Origin: Candidatus Taylorbacteria bacterium RIFCSPHIGHO2_01_FULL_46_22b
Lineage (GTDB): Bacteria; Patescibacteriota; Minisyncoccia; Phycocordibacterales; DSPV01
Assembly: GCA_001820875.1 (NCBI GenBank)
Contig: MHRF01000010.1
Span: 3,371 to 67,370 of the forward strand
Length of the DNA: 64,000 nt
Reading direction: 5' to 3'
In this document: positions 20,978 to 30,188 of the stretch, piece after piece
How positions within the stretch are numbered: the stretch's first letter is position 1
Layout: each line of letters begins with the position of its first letter
The notes under the pieces: generated by a model
What the model was told of the DNA's origin: nothing
Database searches by the model: none
Seen by the model: only the letters and a program-made list of their open reading frames with translations
Made by a program: the position numbers and the translations under genes

Positions 20978-21748
20978 TCATGTGTGAATCTCGATACTTA
21001 CAGGGCAGTGGTCCGAGCCCATAACGTGCTCCAAAATATCAGCAGATTTGAGCTTTTTTTTAAGATCGGGGGTAACAAAAAAATAATCGATACGCCATCC
21101 GACATTTCTATCGCGTGCAAAGAATCTTTGATCCCAGTAGGTGTATATATCTCTTTTATCAGGATAAAAACTTCGAAAGGTATCAACATATCCGAGCTTC
21201 ACCAAACGATCAAGCCATGCGCGCTCGACAGGCAAAAAACCAGTGTTTTCTTGATTCTCTTTTGCGCGCGCAAGATCAATCTCTGCATGGGCAACATTAA
21301 TGTCGCCACACACCACAATTGAATTTCCTTTCTTGCGCAATCCTTCGATTAACTTCAAAAAAGTTTTGCAATATTCCATCTTAAAATCCACTCTAGAAAG
21401 ATCTTGCCTTCCATTAGGAATATATACATTAAAGAGCCAAAAATCAGGGTATTTGAGACCTATACAGCGCCCCTCATCATCAAATTTCTTAATACCCAAA
21501 CCATACATAACCTCTTGGGGTTTCTGTTTAGTGTAAATCGCCACTCCGCTATATCCTTTCTTAATTTTTGAATTATCAAAAAAAGCAAAGTAGCCGGCAG
21601 GGGATTTCATCTCGTCTGGGATTTGATCGGGGTCGGCTTTTATTTCTTGTAGGCAGAGCACGTCAGGTTCTTGATCAAAAAACCAAGCAAAACAAGCCTT
21701 TTTATGGCAGGCGCGGATACCGTTCACGTTCCAAGAAATTAATTTCAT
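20978..21748 (-). CDS. xth: Exodeoxyribonuclease III
   Basis: SWNVNGIRA, LQEIK, GYSGVA, GDINVAH, GWRIDYF, GSDHCPV. Confidence 0.97.
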   Translation of the reverse strand: MKLISWNVNGIRACHKKACFAWFFDQEPDVLCLQEIKADPDQIPDEMKSPAGYFAFFDNSKIKKGYSGVAIYTKQKPQEVMYGLGIKKFDDEGRCIGLKYPDFWLFNVYIPNGRQDLSRVDFKMEYCKTFLKLIEGLRKKGNSIVVCGDINVAHAEIDLARAKENQENTGFLPVERAWLDRLVKLGYVDTFRSFYPDKRDIYTYWDQRFFARDRNVGWRIDYFFVTPDLKKKLKSADILEHVMGSDHCPVSIEIHT

Positions 21749-21836
21749 AGAAACATCATACAGGAAATCTTTTTAACGAGGGAGAAAAGTCATCTATTGA
21801 CAAATAAAATATAGGTGGTAATGTGCGATTCACTCT

Positions 21837-22157
21837 ATGAAAACATCAATACTATCAACCTGTCTGTCACTGGTAATGGGCTCCGTCATTGTCATTAATG
21901 GCGTATCTGCCAACGTGGACGACATAATTACTGACGCACATAGAGCAGTTAATGGGGCAAACCTCCATCAACTCGCCACAGTGATTGAACTCTATTATTC
22001 AGATAATGGGTATTATCCAAACGCATCCGGAGGGGAAGAACTCATAAATCTCTTTGAACGTGACGGGTATATTATGAACCGTCCGCTCGATCCTTCTGTA
22101 TTTGAATATATTGCTCTTGAAAACGGGCAGAACTACCGCCTCACCAAAACGTACTAA
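21837..22157 (+). CDS. Small pilin/pseudopilin (GspG-like) protein
   Basis: Hydrophobic N-helix then NLHQLATVIELYYSDNGYYP, PLDP; no G/FTLIE prepilin site. Confidence 0.7.
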   Translation: MKTSILSTCLSLVMGSVIVINGVSANVDDIITDAHRAVNGANLHQLATVIELYYSDNGYYPNASGGEELINLFERDGYIMNRPLDPSVFEYIALENGQNYRLTKTY

Positions 22158-22163
22158 AAGAAA

Positions 22164-22194
22164 CCCCGCGCACCGGAAAACCGGATGCGCGGGG
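22164..22194. terminator. Terminator between convergent genes
   Basis: CCCCGCGCA-CCGG-AAAA-CCGG-A-TGCGCGGGG. Confidence 0.75.
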
Positions 22195-22213
22195 CCACTA
22201 GAGGGGGAACAGA

Positions 22214-22564
22214 TCAGGCGGCGACATGACTGAGAACCGTCAAGGTTGTGTCGCAAGAGGGGTTAGCAGGCAGTTCGACGTACTTGCAGAAGCCGAATTG
22301 CTCAACGACATGGAGAACTTCTGTCTCGGAAGTTCGTCCATTAAAACAAACCAAGTAGGTGGCGAAAGTCCGCCCGTCTGCTCTGGCCTCTCCCGTGCGA
22401 AAGCGCGGGGCATGAGGCTTGGTATTGATCCAGAGACCGGCATGAACCAGTCGGAGTGCTTGATGGAGATCCAAAAGCCGGTTCTCCACGGGTTTTCCTT
22501 CCATGTCACCGTTGGGATTGACCATCACCCACAACTGATGGACTGAGAGGTTGAGACTTTTCAT
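22214..22564 (-). CDS. Hypothetical protein
   Basis: 116 aa ATG ORF ending at a terminator; GC-richer; no recognised motif. Confidence 0.55.
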   Translation of the reverse strand: MKSLNLSVHQLWVMVNPNGDMEGKPVENRLLDLHQALRLVHAGLWINTKPHAPRFRTGEARADGRTFATYLVCFNGRTSETEVLHVVEQFGFCKYVELPANPSCDTTLTVLSHVAA

Positions 22565-22712
22565 AAACTAGACGGATTGGGACGTTTGGAGTTTGGGACG
22601 TTTGTGACGAAGGACTTGAAAAACATACAAAACTAAAACTACCCCTAATTGTAGGACAAAAAATGACAGAAGTCAAGGCTCGTATACCCTTAAAATAGCC
22701 AATATTGAGGCC

Positions 22713-23633
22713 TTATTTACCCTTGTTGTGGAAATTCCGATGGACATCCCGCAGGTGCTTATCAGTCACATGTGTGTAGATTTGTGTCGTCCCTATATGT
22801 GCATGACCTAATAGTGCCTGCACACTTCGAAGATCCGCGCCGTTTGAGAGAAGGTCAGTGGCAAAACTATGCCGAATCACGTGCGGCGTTACTTTTTTTG
22901 AGATACCGGCCTTAATCGCGTACTGTTTGATCAACCGTTCAATCGAGCGGGGAGTAAGGCCGAGTGTTTTCTTGCCGCCGACAGCCAGTTTTGCTCCACC
23001 TCTTCCAATTTGTATAAAAAGGGAATCATCCATATCAGCACGCTTGGCAAGATACTTTTTGACCGCCTGACGCGCGTCAGGAGAGATAAAAACCACACGA
23101 ACTTTCTCTCCTTTGCCGCGGACACTAAATTCATCTCGATTGAAATCAACATCCCGCGTCAGCGAACAAAGTTCAGACACACGCAATCCCGTTGAAAACA
23201 AAAGTTCAAGAATAGCCCTGTCGCGCAAAGCGGGGGGCTCTTCTCCTTGGGGAGCGCGCAGGAGACGACCGAGCTCATCGGAGGAGATGAGATCGAGAGA
23301 GCGTTCGGGGACCTTGGCAAGTTCAATACGATCAGGCTGAAGGGAAGTCACTCCGCGCTTCATACAGAATTTGAGAAAGGAACGGAGTGCAATCAAATAG
23401 TAGTTCTGCGTCCTTTTCTTGATAGTCCCTGATGGAGCCGGCTGGCGATTCAACCAGAGTCGAAATTCTCGAACTGCATCTTCAGTAATCGATTTCGGGT
23501 TAGTTATTTTTGAAAACTCGAAGAAACGAGAAAGATAGCGGTCATAGTTCTCAACTGTCTTTAAACTTCGCCCTTTCTCTATCTCAACATATTCGAGAAA
23601 CTGACGCTTCATTTTTTCAATTTCTGTTGCCAT
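22713..23633 (-). CDS. xerC: XerC/XerD-family tyrosine recombinase
   Basis: RDRAILELLFSTGLRVSEL, GKGEKVR, TPHVIRHSFAT, LLGH...TTQIYTH. Confidence 0.9.
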   Translation of the reverse strand: MATEIEKMKRQFLEYVEIEKGRSLKTVENYDRYLSRFFEFSKITNPKSITEDAVREFRLWLNRQPAPSGTIKKRTQNYYLIALRSFLKFCMKRGVTSLQPDRIELAKVPERSLDLISSDELGRLLRAPQGEEPPALRDRAILELLFSTGLRVSELCSLTRDVDFNRDEFSVRGKGEKVRVVFISPDARQAVKKYLAKRADMDDSLFIQIGRGGAKLAVGGKKTLGLTPRSIERLIKQYAIKAGISKKVTPHVIRHSFATDLLSNGADLRSVQALLGHAHIGTTQIYTHVTDKHLRDVHRNFHNKGK

Positions 23634-23753
23634 AGATTAATAGATATCGTGTCGCACAATATTTTAACACGAAACGACTTTTACTTCTTGTGAGCATAAA
23701 ATAGCCTTATGGGACTTGCGAAAATAATGCTTTCGTGCTATTCTTTCCACACC

Positions 23754-24020
23754 ATGCTTTCAAAAACAAAGAAGCTGAAAATCATCAAAGGGGCAGGCGT
23801 ACACGAGAAAGATACCGGTTCTCCTGAAGTACAAGTCTCTATTTTGACGAAAAGAATCGAGGAATTAGCATCTCACTTGAAGAAACATCAAAAAGACAAG
23901 CACTCGCGCAGGGGACTCCTCGCCATGGTTGCCAACCGCCAAAAGCACCTTCAGTATTTGCAAAAGAAAAACCCTAAGCGATACTCTGTGTTGGTCAAAA
24001 AACTCGAGCTGAAGAAATAA
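23754..24020 (+). CDS. rpsO: 30S ribosomal protein S15
   Basis: DTGSPEVQV, HLKKHQKDKHSRRGL; ATG 23754. Confidence 0.98.
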   Translation: MLSKTKKLKIIKGAGVHEKDTGSPEVQVSILTKRIEELASHLKKHQKDKHSRRGLLAMVANRQKHLQYLQKKNPKRYSVLVKKLELKK

Positions 24021-24172
24021 AGGAGATAAACTCCTTTGTTCGCTTCGTTCGTTCGGGAGAGAAAAGTATCCTCTTTTTCTCTCCGCACCACAAGAGTGCT
24101 TCCGATTTCTACGTGAGAAATCTAGGTTGCTCACTCACTAGCGAATAACGTTTCTCCTTTCAGCTTTTTCAC
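24008..24172. repeat. Multi-hairpin element after rpsO with imperfect terminal inverted repeats
   Basis: AGCTGAA...AAAGGAGATAAAC vs GTTTCTCCTTTCAGCT; internal stems GGAGAGAAAAG/CTTTTTCTCTCC, GATTTCT/AGAAATC, TTGTTCGCT/AGCGAATAA. Confidence 0.55.
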
Positions 24173-24290
24173 TTTAGTTCTACAATAGACAGACCGGTGC
24201 AAGACACCGGCGGGGATATAACGGTTGCATATTTTTTTATTTTGCATCACTTTTCCCTTTTTTAGAATTCATTATTCATTATTCATTTTT

Positions 24291-24833
24291 ATGTCAGTTA
24301 TCAAACACAAAGAACAGCGCGTGGGAGTATTTATTGATACACAAAATCTCTATCACAGCGCAAAAAATCTCTATCGCGCCCGCGTTAACTTCGGGCAAGT
24401 CGTCAAAGATGCGCTCGCCGGCAGACATTTGATCCGCGCAGTAGCGTATGTCATTTCAACCGAATCAGGCGAAGAGAAGAATTTCTTCGAAGCACTGGGG
24501 AAGGTTGGGATTGAAGCAAAAACAAAGGATCTCCAAATTTTCGCCGGTGGTGCAAAAAAGGCCGATTGGGACGTCGGGCTCGCGGTTGACGCAATTAAGC
24601 TTGCACCAAAACTTGATGCAGTAATCATCGTTTCCGGAGACGGGGACTTTGTGCCTCTTGTTAAATATCTCCAAGAAAATCAAGGTTGCCAAGTTGAAGT
24701 GGTTTCATTCAGCAAATCTACTTCAGCGAAACTCATAGAAGCGACCGACGACTTCTTTGATCTCGATTCAAACCCGCGCAAATATCTCCTCGGCACCGGA
24801 AGGGGACGTAACAGCGGAACGCCAAGCGAGTAA
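24291..24833 (+). CDS. NYN-domain (LabA/DUF88) putative RNase
   Basis: VFIDTQNLY, KADWDVGLAVD, IVSGDGDFVPL, GCQVEV. Confidence 0.93.
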   Translation: MSVIKHKEQRVGVFIDTQNLYHSAKNLYRARVNFGQVVKDALAGRHLIRAVAYVISTESGEEKNFFEALGKVGIEAKTKDLQIFAGGAKKADWDVGLAVDAIKLAPKLDAVIIVSGDGDFVPLVKYLQENQGCQVEVVSFSKSTSAKLIEATDDFFDLDSNPRKYLLGTGRGRNSGTPSE

Positions 24834-24849
24834 ACAGCACAGGGGTGGA

Positions 24850-24883
24850 AACACGAGGACGTCTTAAAAGACGTCCTCGTGTT
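24850..24883. terminator. Perfect hairpin terminator
   Basis: AACACGAGGACGTCTT-AA-AAGACGTCCTCGTGTT. Confidence 0.8.
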
Positions 24884-24934
24884 GTTTGTAGAAAACAAAT
24901 TCACGTGATAGGATGAGGTTATTACACAATAATT

Positions 24935-24998
24935 GCTGGTCCTTGGATAGGTAGATTTGAAAAACATGTTTTTTCAAGTCTGAAATCCTAGGATCAGC
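24935..24998 (+). promoter_or_regulatory. Long pnp 5' leader hairpin (probable RNase III/autoregulation site)
   Basis: GCTGGTCCT..GGAT..AGATTTGAAAAA / TTTTTCAAGTCT..ATCC..AGGATCAGC, ending 9 nt before the ATG. Confidence 0.65.
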
Positions 24999-25007
24999 CT
25001 CGTATTT

Positions 25008-27197
25008 ATGCAAAAAAAGGAATTCTCGGTTGAGATTGGAGGGAAACCCTTAGTAGCTCAATTTACAGACCTTGCCGATCAGGCGACTGGCTCCTGTATC
25101 GTCCGATATGGGAATACAACCGTATTGGCGACGGCAGTCATGTCTAAACAAACCCGCGATGGCGACTGGTTCCCATTGACCGTGGACTATGAAGAGCGGT
25201 TCTACGCCGCGGGACAAATCTTGGGATCACGATTCATCCGTCGCGAAGGACGTCCCACGGAAGAAGCTATTCTCTCCGGACGCATTGTCGATCGAACCAT
25301 TAGACCTCTTTTCGACCAGCGAATGCGCAATGAAGTGCAGGTGGTAATCACCGTACTCTCAATTGCCGAGGATGATCCAGATGTACTTTCGGTTATTGCA
25401 GCTTCACTCGCACTTGGAACATCAGAAATTCCATGGAATGGACCGGTATCGGCTGTCCGACTTGGAAAGAAAGTTGCAGACAATAATTTTATTGTTAATC
25501 CTTCATACACCGATCGCAACGCCGAAGATGCCGATCTTGATTTGCTCGTATGTGGCAAAGACGGTCTCGTCAACATGATTGAGGTGGGAAGCAAGGAAGT
25601 CAGCGAGGGAGTGTTGACCGCAGGGCTTGAAGAATCACTCAAACTCATTGAGACCGTACAGGTATTTCAAAATAAAATCATCAAAGAAATCGGAAAACCA
25701 AAAAAACAGGTTGAATTCGCCGAGATGCCAAAAGAATTTGACGCGCTGTTTACAGAAACGATCAAGCCTTCATTCATTGAGTCCGTATTCAGTGGACCAG
25801 GGAAAGCAGGTATTGAGAGCCTAAAGAACACGTGGATCACCGCGGTCAGCGAAAAACTTCCTGATGCAAGCTCGGCACTTGCAGACAGCTATTTTGAAGA
25901 ACAAGTCAACGATCTCTTGCATCGCGAAGCAATCGAAAACAATCGCCGACCGGACGGACGCGGATTTGATGAAATCCGCCCACTGTACGCACAAGCAGGA
26001 AATATCTCGCCAGTACTTCATGGATCCGGAATATTCTACCGCGGTGGCACGCACATTTTTTCAGCGCTCACACTCGGAGGCCCTGGGGAAGCAATGGTAG
26101 TCGATGGTATGGAGGTACAGGGGAAAAAACGCTTCATGCATCATTACAACTTTCCACCATTTTCAGTCGGTGAAACCGGTCGCATGGGCGGCATGAATCG
26201 CCGTATGATCGGACACGGGGCACTCGCCGAAAAAGCGCTGATGCCGGTGCTTCCACCCAAAGAAACATTCCCGTATACCATCCGTATCGTCTCGGAAGCA
26301 TTCGCTTCAAACGGCTCTACTTCAATGGGATCAGTGTGTGGTTCGACACTCGCACTCATGGACGCGGGAATTCCAATAACCAAACCCGTTGCTGGCATCG
26401 CATCCGGACTCATGATGGAAAGTGCGAAGAAATACAAAGTATTGACCGACATTCAGGGACCTGAAGATCATCATGGCGACATGGATTTCAAAGTTGCGGG
26501 AACTCGCGACGGAGTCACTGCCGTCCAAATGGATGTGAAAGTTAACGGAGTCACACTCGAGATGTTGACTGAAGCATTTGAAAAAGCGAAAAAAGCTCGC
26601 TTCCAAATCATTGAAGTCATCGAAAAAGAAATCCCGAAACCACGTGCAGAACTTAATCCAAGCGCGCCACAAATTCTCTCACTAAAGGTAAAAGTCGATC
26701 AAATCGGTATGATTATCGGCACCGGAGGAAAAACGATTAATGGCATCATGGAAAAAACTGGAGCTGAAATCGATATCGAAGACGATGGATCAGTATTCAT
26801 CACCGGCAAAAATGGGTCCGCACAAGCTGCCTATGACATAGTACATGGAATGACGCGTGAATACCTCCCTGGGGAACGCTTCGATGAAGCTGAAGTGACT
26901 CGGCTCATGGATTTCGGCGCATTCGTCAAAATTGGCTACAACACTGAAGGTCTGGTACATATTTCCGAGATGGCACCGTGGCGCGTCAATCAGGTTTCAG
27001 ACCTTGTTAAAGAAGGAGATAAAGTTCCAGTCGTCATCCGTGAAATAGATGAGAAGGGACGAGTCAATCTCTCAATCAAATTAGCTGATCAGCATTTCTT
27101 TGACGCAAAAAAGCCATCAGGGACAGAGGTGTATGCGCCACGCGAGCAAGGAAGCGGACCACGAGGGGGAGACCGACCACATCATCGCCGCAGATAA
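25008..27197 (+). CDS. pnp: Polyribonucleotide nucleotidyltransferase
   Basis: FPLTVDYEER, RREGRP, DRTIRPLF, SNGSTSMGS, GDMDFKVAG, KH and S1 domains. Confidence 0.99.
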   Translation: MQKKEFSVEIGGKPLVAQFTDLADQATGSCIVRYGNTTVLATAVMSKQTRDGDWFPLTVDYEERFYAAGQILGSRFIRREGRPTEEAILSGRIVDRTIRPLFDQRMRNEVQVVITVLSIAEDDPDVLSVIAASLALGTSEIPWNGPVSAVRLGKKVADNNFIVNPSYTDRNAEDADLDLLVCGKDGLVNMIEVGSKEVSEGVLTAGLEESLKLIETVQVFQNKIIKEIGKPKKQVEFAEMPKEFDALFTETIKPSFIESVFSGPGKAGIESLKNTWITAVSEKLPDASSALADSYFEEQVNDLLHREAIENNRRPDGRGFDEIRPLYAQAGNISPVLHGSGIFYRGGTHIFSALTLGGPGEAMVVDGMEVQGKKRFMHHYNFPPFSVGETGRMGGMNRRMIGHGALAEKALMPVLPPKETFPYTIRIVSEAFASNGSTSMGSVCGSTLALMDAGIPITKPVAGIASGLMMESAKKYKVLTDIQGPEDHHGDMDFKVAGTRDGVTAVQMDVKVNGVTLEMLTEAFEKAKKARFQIIEVIEKEIPKPRAELNPSAPQILSLKVKVDQIGMIIGTGGKTINGIMEKTGAEIDIEDDGSVFITGKNGSAQAAYDIVHGMTREYLPGERFDEAEVTRLMDFGAFVKIGYNTEGLVHISEMAPWRVNQVSDLVKEGDKVPVVIREIDEKGRVNLSIKLADQHFFDAKKPSGTEVYAPREQGSGPRGGDRPHHRRR

Positions 27198-27263
27198 TTA
27201 ATCTGCTGCCTAGCAGAAACACAAGCATACAAAAGTACGATATTATGTACTTTATATACCCAT

Positions 27264-28193
27264 ATGCCACCTGAAAAAACAAACAGTCGTGCCGAGGAAG
27301 TGAAAGCGTTACGAACATTTGAAACTGATGTTGCTGAAGCCCTCACCGAAGGTAAAACGTCGTCTGCCAAAATTTTTATTGCAGAAAACGCAAAACCTCG
27401 AGGAGAGCGTGAGCAATCAGAACTCCCCAAACCACCCGATCACAGTGCGCGGAACAAATTACTGCTCATCATGGCAGGTATTGTAGCGTTTGCAGGGCTC
27501 GTGGTATTTGTTTCTTATCTCTTACTTAAACCCGCACCTAGACCCACGGCACCAACAACAACGGCAGGAAAAACTATTATCGCCATTGATAGCACAAAGA
27601 CAATCAACATCAACGGACTGACGCAGAAAAAAACTCTTGAAGCTATAAAACAAGAGCGAGACAACATTACCTTGCGATTAAACGCAATCGAGGGCGTCAC
27701 CTTCACTCAAGTAAATAACGACGGGTTCCCCATACCAATTGACGCACCTACTTTTCTTTTGAAAATAGCGCCAAGTATGCCAGCCTCTTTTATTCGCGCA
27801 CTTGATCCTTCTTTTGCATTCGGATTTATCGGTCTCAATGGCAACCAGCCGTTTATTATTTTCCGCACCGGCGCGTTTGAACAGGCGTATGCAGGCATGC
27901 TTACGGGAGAAATTGATTTTTATCGTGAAGCAGGGGACATGTTCGGCACTTCAGAAAACTCGATGCCAGTTCTTGCTACCTCAACCGCAGCCTACTTTGG
28001 ATTGGACCCGAACACCCGAGTTTTCCACGACGTCGTGGTTAAAAATATTGACACGAGGGCAGTAAAAGATAGTGCAGGAGCAATAGTTCTGATGTACGGT
28101 TTTGTAGATCAATACACACTCGTTATCACCACCAACGTAAATACATTCAATGAAATTGTGGTTCGGCTCAAACGTTCCCGTCTGATCCCATAG
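27264..28193 (+). CDS. Single-pass membrane hypothetical protein
   Basis: LRTFETDVAEAL N-motif, TM, AYAGML, FHDVVVKNIDTR. Confidence 0.85.
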   Translation: MPPEKTNSRAEEVKALRTFETDVAEALTEGKTSSAKIFIAENAKPRGEREQSELPKPPDHSARNKLLLIMAGIVAFAGLVVFVSYLLLKPAPRPTAPTTTAGKTIIAIDSTKTININGLTQKKTLEAIKQERDNITLRLNAIEGVTFTQVNNDGFPIPIDAPTFLLKIAPSMPASFIRALDPSFAFGFIGLNGNQPFIIFRTGAFEQAYAGMLTGEIDFYREAGDMFGTSENSMPVLATSTAAYFGLDPNTRVFHDVVVKNIDTRAVKDSAGAIVLMYGFVDQYTLVITTNVNTFNEIVVRLKRSRLIP

Positions 28194-28228
28194 TTGTTGC
28201 CATTTTCGCTCTCTGTTATCATGTGGAT

Positions 28229-28591
28229 ATGGACACCACCACACAAAAAAAATTGCAGCAGGCGCTTGAAGCAGAATTAAAAAAAGTTGAGGGAGAACTG
28301 CGCTCGGTTGGCCGCGTCAATCCGACAAATCCAAAAGACTGGGAAGCAATGCCTGATAAAATGGACATTATTACTGCAGATCCAAATGAAGTCGCAGATT
28401 CTATCGAATCCTACGAAGAAAATACGGGAATCCTCAAACAGCTCGAGATTCGCCTCAACGAAATCAAGGCCGCACTCGAAGGAATGAAAACAGGCATCTA
28501 CGGAACCTGCAGTGTCTGTGGAAAACCGATTGACCCCAAACGGCTAGAAGCCAACCCCGCCGCAGCAACTTGTATCGAACACGCGCGCTAG
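28229..28591 (+). CDS. TraR/DksA-family zinc finger protein
   Basis: Coiled coil, then GIYGTCSVCGKPIDPKRLEANPAAATCIEH. Confidence 0.9.
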   Translation: MDTTTQKKLQQALEAELKKVEGELRSVGRVNPTNPKDWEAMPDKMDIITADPNEVADSIESYEENTGILKQLEIRLNEIKAALEGMKTGIYGTCSVCGKPIDPKRLEANPAAATCIEHAR

Positions 28592-28595
28592 AGCT

Positions 28596-30140
28596 ATGTC
28601 ATTCTCAAAAGTTCACAGTGCGCAGGTGAGAGTCCTCGATGCAGCTGTGATCGACGTAGAAGTCGACCTCTCAGGGGGACTGCATGCTTTTTCTATTGTC
28701 GGGCTACCAGACAAAGCGGTTGAGGAAGCGCGCGATCGCGTCTCATCAGCCATAAAAAATTCGGGTTTTAAATCACCGAAAACAAAAAATCAGAAAGTGG
28801 TCATCTCGCTTGCACCAGCAGATATCAAAAAAGAAGGATCAAATTTTGATCTAGCAATTGCGCTTGGTTATTTACTTGCAGCACAAGATATTCGTTTTAA
28901 TCCGCAGGGGAAATTATTTCTTGGAGAACTGGCGCTCGACGGCAGATTACGACCGGTCACCGGCATCTTGCCGTTAGTGCGACAAGCGCTTGAAAGCGGT
29001 TTCACTGAAGTATACGTGCCAGAAGCAAATGCCGAGGAAGCAGCCTTGATTGGAGATGTAAGTATTTTTGCCGTACCTTCGCTTTCCGCAATTGTTTCGC
29101 ATTTAAATGAAAAAGCAGAGAAAAAAATTTCCCTCAAGAAAAAACCGCAGACAAAAATAGTTCCAGCGGAACCAGACCACGCCGTTGATATCTCGGACAT
29201 AAAAGGGCAGGAAACAGCGAAGCGAGGGCTTGAGATTGCAGCTGCTGGCGCACACAACATCGCAATGTATGGTCCCCCAGGAACAGGAAAAACTATGCTC
29301 GCGCGCGCATTTGCGACACTTCTCCCGCAACTTTCATTTGATGAAATACTTGAAGTAACTTCCATTCATTCAGTTGCCGGTATTCTGAAAGGTTCTCTCG
29401 TGACTGCGCCGCCGTTTCGATCTCCGCACCACACAGCTTCCCATGTTTCGGTCGCAGGCGGAGGAAGTATTCCTAAACCCGGAGAAATTACACTTGCCCA
29501 TCGAGGAGTGCTCTTCTTGGACGAATTTCCAGAATTTGAACATCGAGTCATTGAAGCACTCCGCCAGCCGCTTGAAGATCGAATTATCAGTATTTCTCGA
29601 GTTAAGGGGAGCGCAACATACCCCGCACAATTTATTTTAGTCGCGGCAATGAACCCGTGTCCATGCGGCAACTATGGCACACGCAAAGAATGTATCTGTA
29701 CTCCATCGAATCTGCTTCGCTATCGAAGGAAAATATCTGGACCGATTATTGATCGCGTAGATATGTGGGTAGAGGTAGGGGATATCACCTACACAACGCT
29801 CTCCGCTGAAACTGCCCGCGGAGAAAAAAGTGAACGGGTACGCACTCGTATCAGTACAGCGCGCGAATTGCAAAAAAAGAGATTTTTCGAAAACAATTTG
29901 CAATACAAAACCAACAGCGAGATGCGAGCGCGCGATATTGACACCCTGATTAAACTCACCGAACCGGTGCAAACACTGTTAAATCAGTCCGCAGCTAAAC
30001 TTGGGCTCTCGGGGCGCGCATATCACCGCGTGATGAAATTAGCCCGAACAATTGCAGATTTAGAAGGAAGCGAGACTGTCGAACAATCTCATGTGATGGA
30101 AGCACTGTCATACCGACCGAAGCAACTGACTAGCATGTAG
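28596..30140 (+). CDS. comM: ComM/YifB AAA+ helicase
   Basis: IVGLPDKAVEEARDRV, GPPGTGKT, PFRSPHH, LFLDE, MNPCPCG. Confidence 0.95.
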   Translation: MSFSKVHSAQVRVLDAAVIDVEVDLSGGLHAFSIVGLPDKAVEEARDRVSSAIKNSGFKSPKTKNQKVVISLAPADIKKEGSNFDLAIALGYLLAAQDIRFNPQGKLFLGELALDGRLRPVTGILPLVRQALESGFTEVYVPEANAEEAALIGDVSIFAVPSLSAIVSHLNEKAEKKISLKKKPQTKIVPAEPDHAVDISDIKGQETAKRGLEIAAAGAHNIAMYGPPGTGKTMLARAFATLLPQLSFDEILEVTSIHSVAGILKGSLVTAPPFRSPHHTASHVSVAGGGSIPKPGEITLAHRGVLFLDEFPEFEHRVIEALRQPLEDRIISISRVKGSATYPAQFILVAAMNPCPCGNYGTRKECICTPSNLLRYRRKISGPIIDRVDMWVEVGDITYTTLSAETARGEKSERVRTRISTARELQKKRFFENNLQYKTNSEMRARDIDTLIKLTEPVQTLLNQSAAKLGLSGRAYHRVMKLARTIADLEGSETVEQSHVMEALSYRPKQLTSM

Positions 30141-30188
30141 CGAAAAACATCCAGCGAATAGGAGGATTTGCTGTATAATCTGAATTCT

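Noticed and set aside
22713-23633. Tyrosine recombinase as prophage/island integrase
   Set aside because: XerC/D size and motifs, housekeeping neighbours, no att pair or phage genes; no convincing dif site found
24188-24228. Known riboswitch or twister ribozyme
   Set aside because: Only a hairpin resembles them; consensus elements could not be matched by eye
27232-27253. AAAGTAC-N8-GTACTTT as a dif site
   Set aside because: Poor match to XerD arm consensus and close to the origin; more likely a promoter-region palindrome
28596-30140. Magnesium chelatase
   Set aside because: Lon-like N-domain and PCPCG identify ComM/YifB
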